From Lama guanicoe (Eukaryota): DNA of 64,000 bases. This document shows, piece by piece, positions 63,791-64,000 of this stretch. Under the pieces are notes generated by a model, which saw only the letters and a list, made by a program, of their open reading frames with translations, was not told where the DNA came from and made no database searches. How positions within the stretch are numbered: the stretch's first letter is position 1; each line of letters opens with the position of its first letter. The translations under genes were made by a program, and so were the position numbers. Location: contig MU053758.1 of assembly GCA_013239625.1 (NCBI GenBank), positions 2,604,001-2,668,000 of the forward strand. The letters run 5' to 3'.

Positions 63791-64000
63791 GCGGCGGAGT
63801 GGGCGGGACTGCAGGAGTCTTGGGGCGAGGTGATCGAGATTTCCGGAGCACGCTAGAGTGGTGACTGCAGTCCCGCGGGGCGAGAGGCGGGGCTTAAAAC
63901 GTCTAGGGGGAGGAGTCGGGGATGGGGCGGGGCTAAACTGGTGACGGCTAGACCTGCGCGCCGGAGGCGGGGCTACGAGCCGTAGGAGCCAGATGCAGGC
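63600..64000. promoter_or_regulatory. CpG-rich, GC-box-dense promoter-like region, truncated by the window end
   Basis: At least five GGGCGG/GGCGGGG boxes at about 63781, 63801, 63886, 63925 and 63966, with high CpG density. Confidence 0.7.

Overview
Mammalian genomic DNA, probably a camelid judging by the tRNA-derived SINE family present. The window is syntenic with the human 17q12-21 asthma locus. Gene order: ZPBP2 (+, 8 coding exons, 326 aa, intact); a repeat-dense interval (nested L1s, ERVL remnant, solo LTRs); GSDMB (-, all 10 coding exons recognisable but with an exon-3 frameshift, an exon-4 nonsense codon and a poly-T expansion in exon 6, so an apparent pseudogene); ORMDL3 (-, intact, 153 aa); LRRC3C (+, intact, 254 aa from the first in-exon ATG). 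The main find is an extra, heavily decayed multi-exon gasdermin gene on the + strand from about 59,160 to the window end, downstream of LRRC3C where GSDMA is expected further on. The ORF track misses it because it is broken by frameshifts. One of its C-terminal-domain exons runs into a GC-box-rich CpG island. Exon boundaries were read by eye, and comparisons to human proteins come from recalled sequences, not computed alignments.
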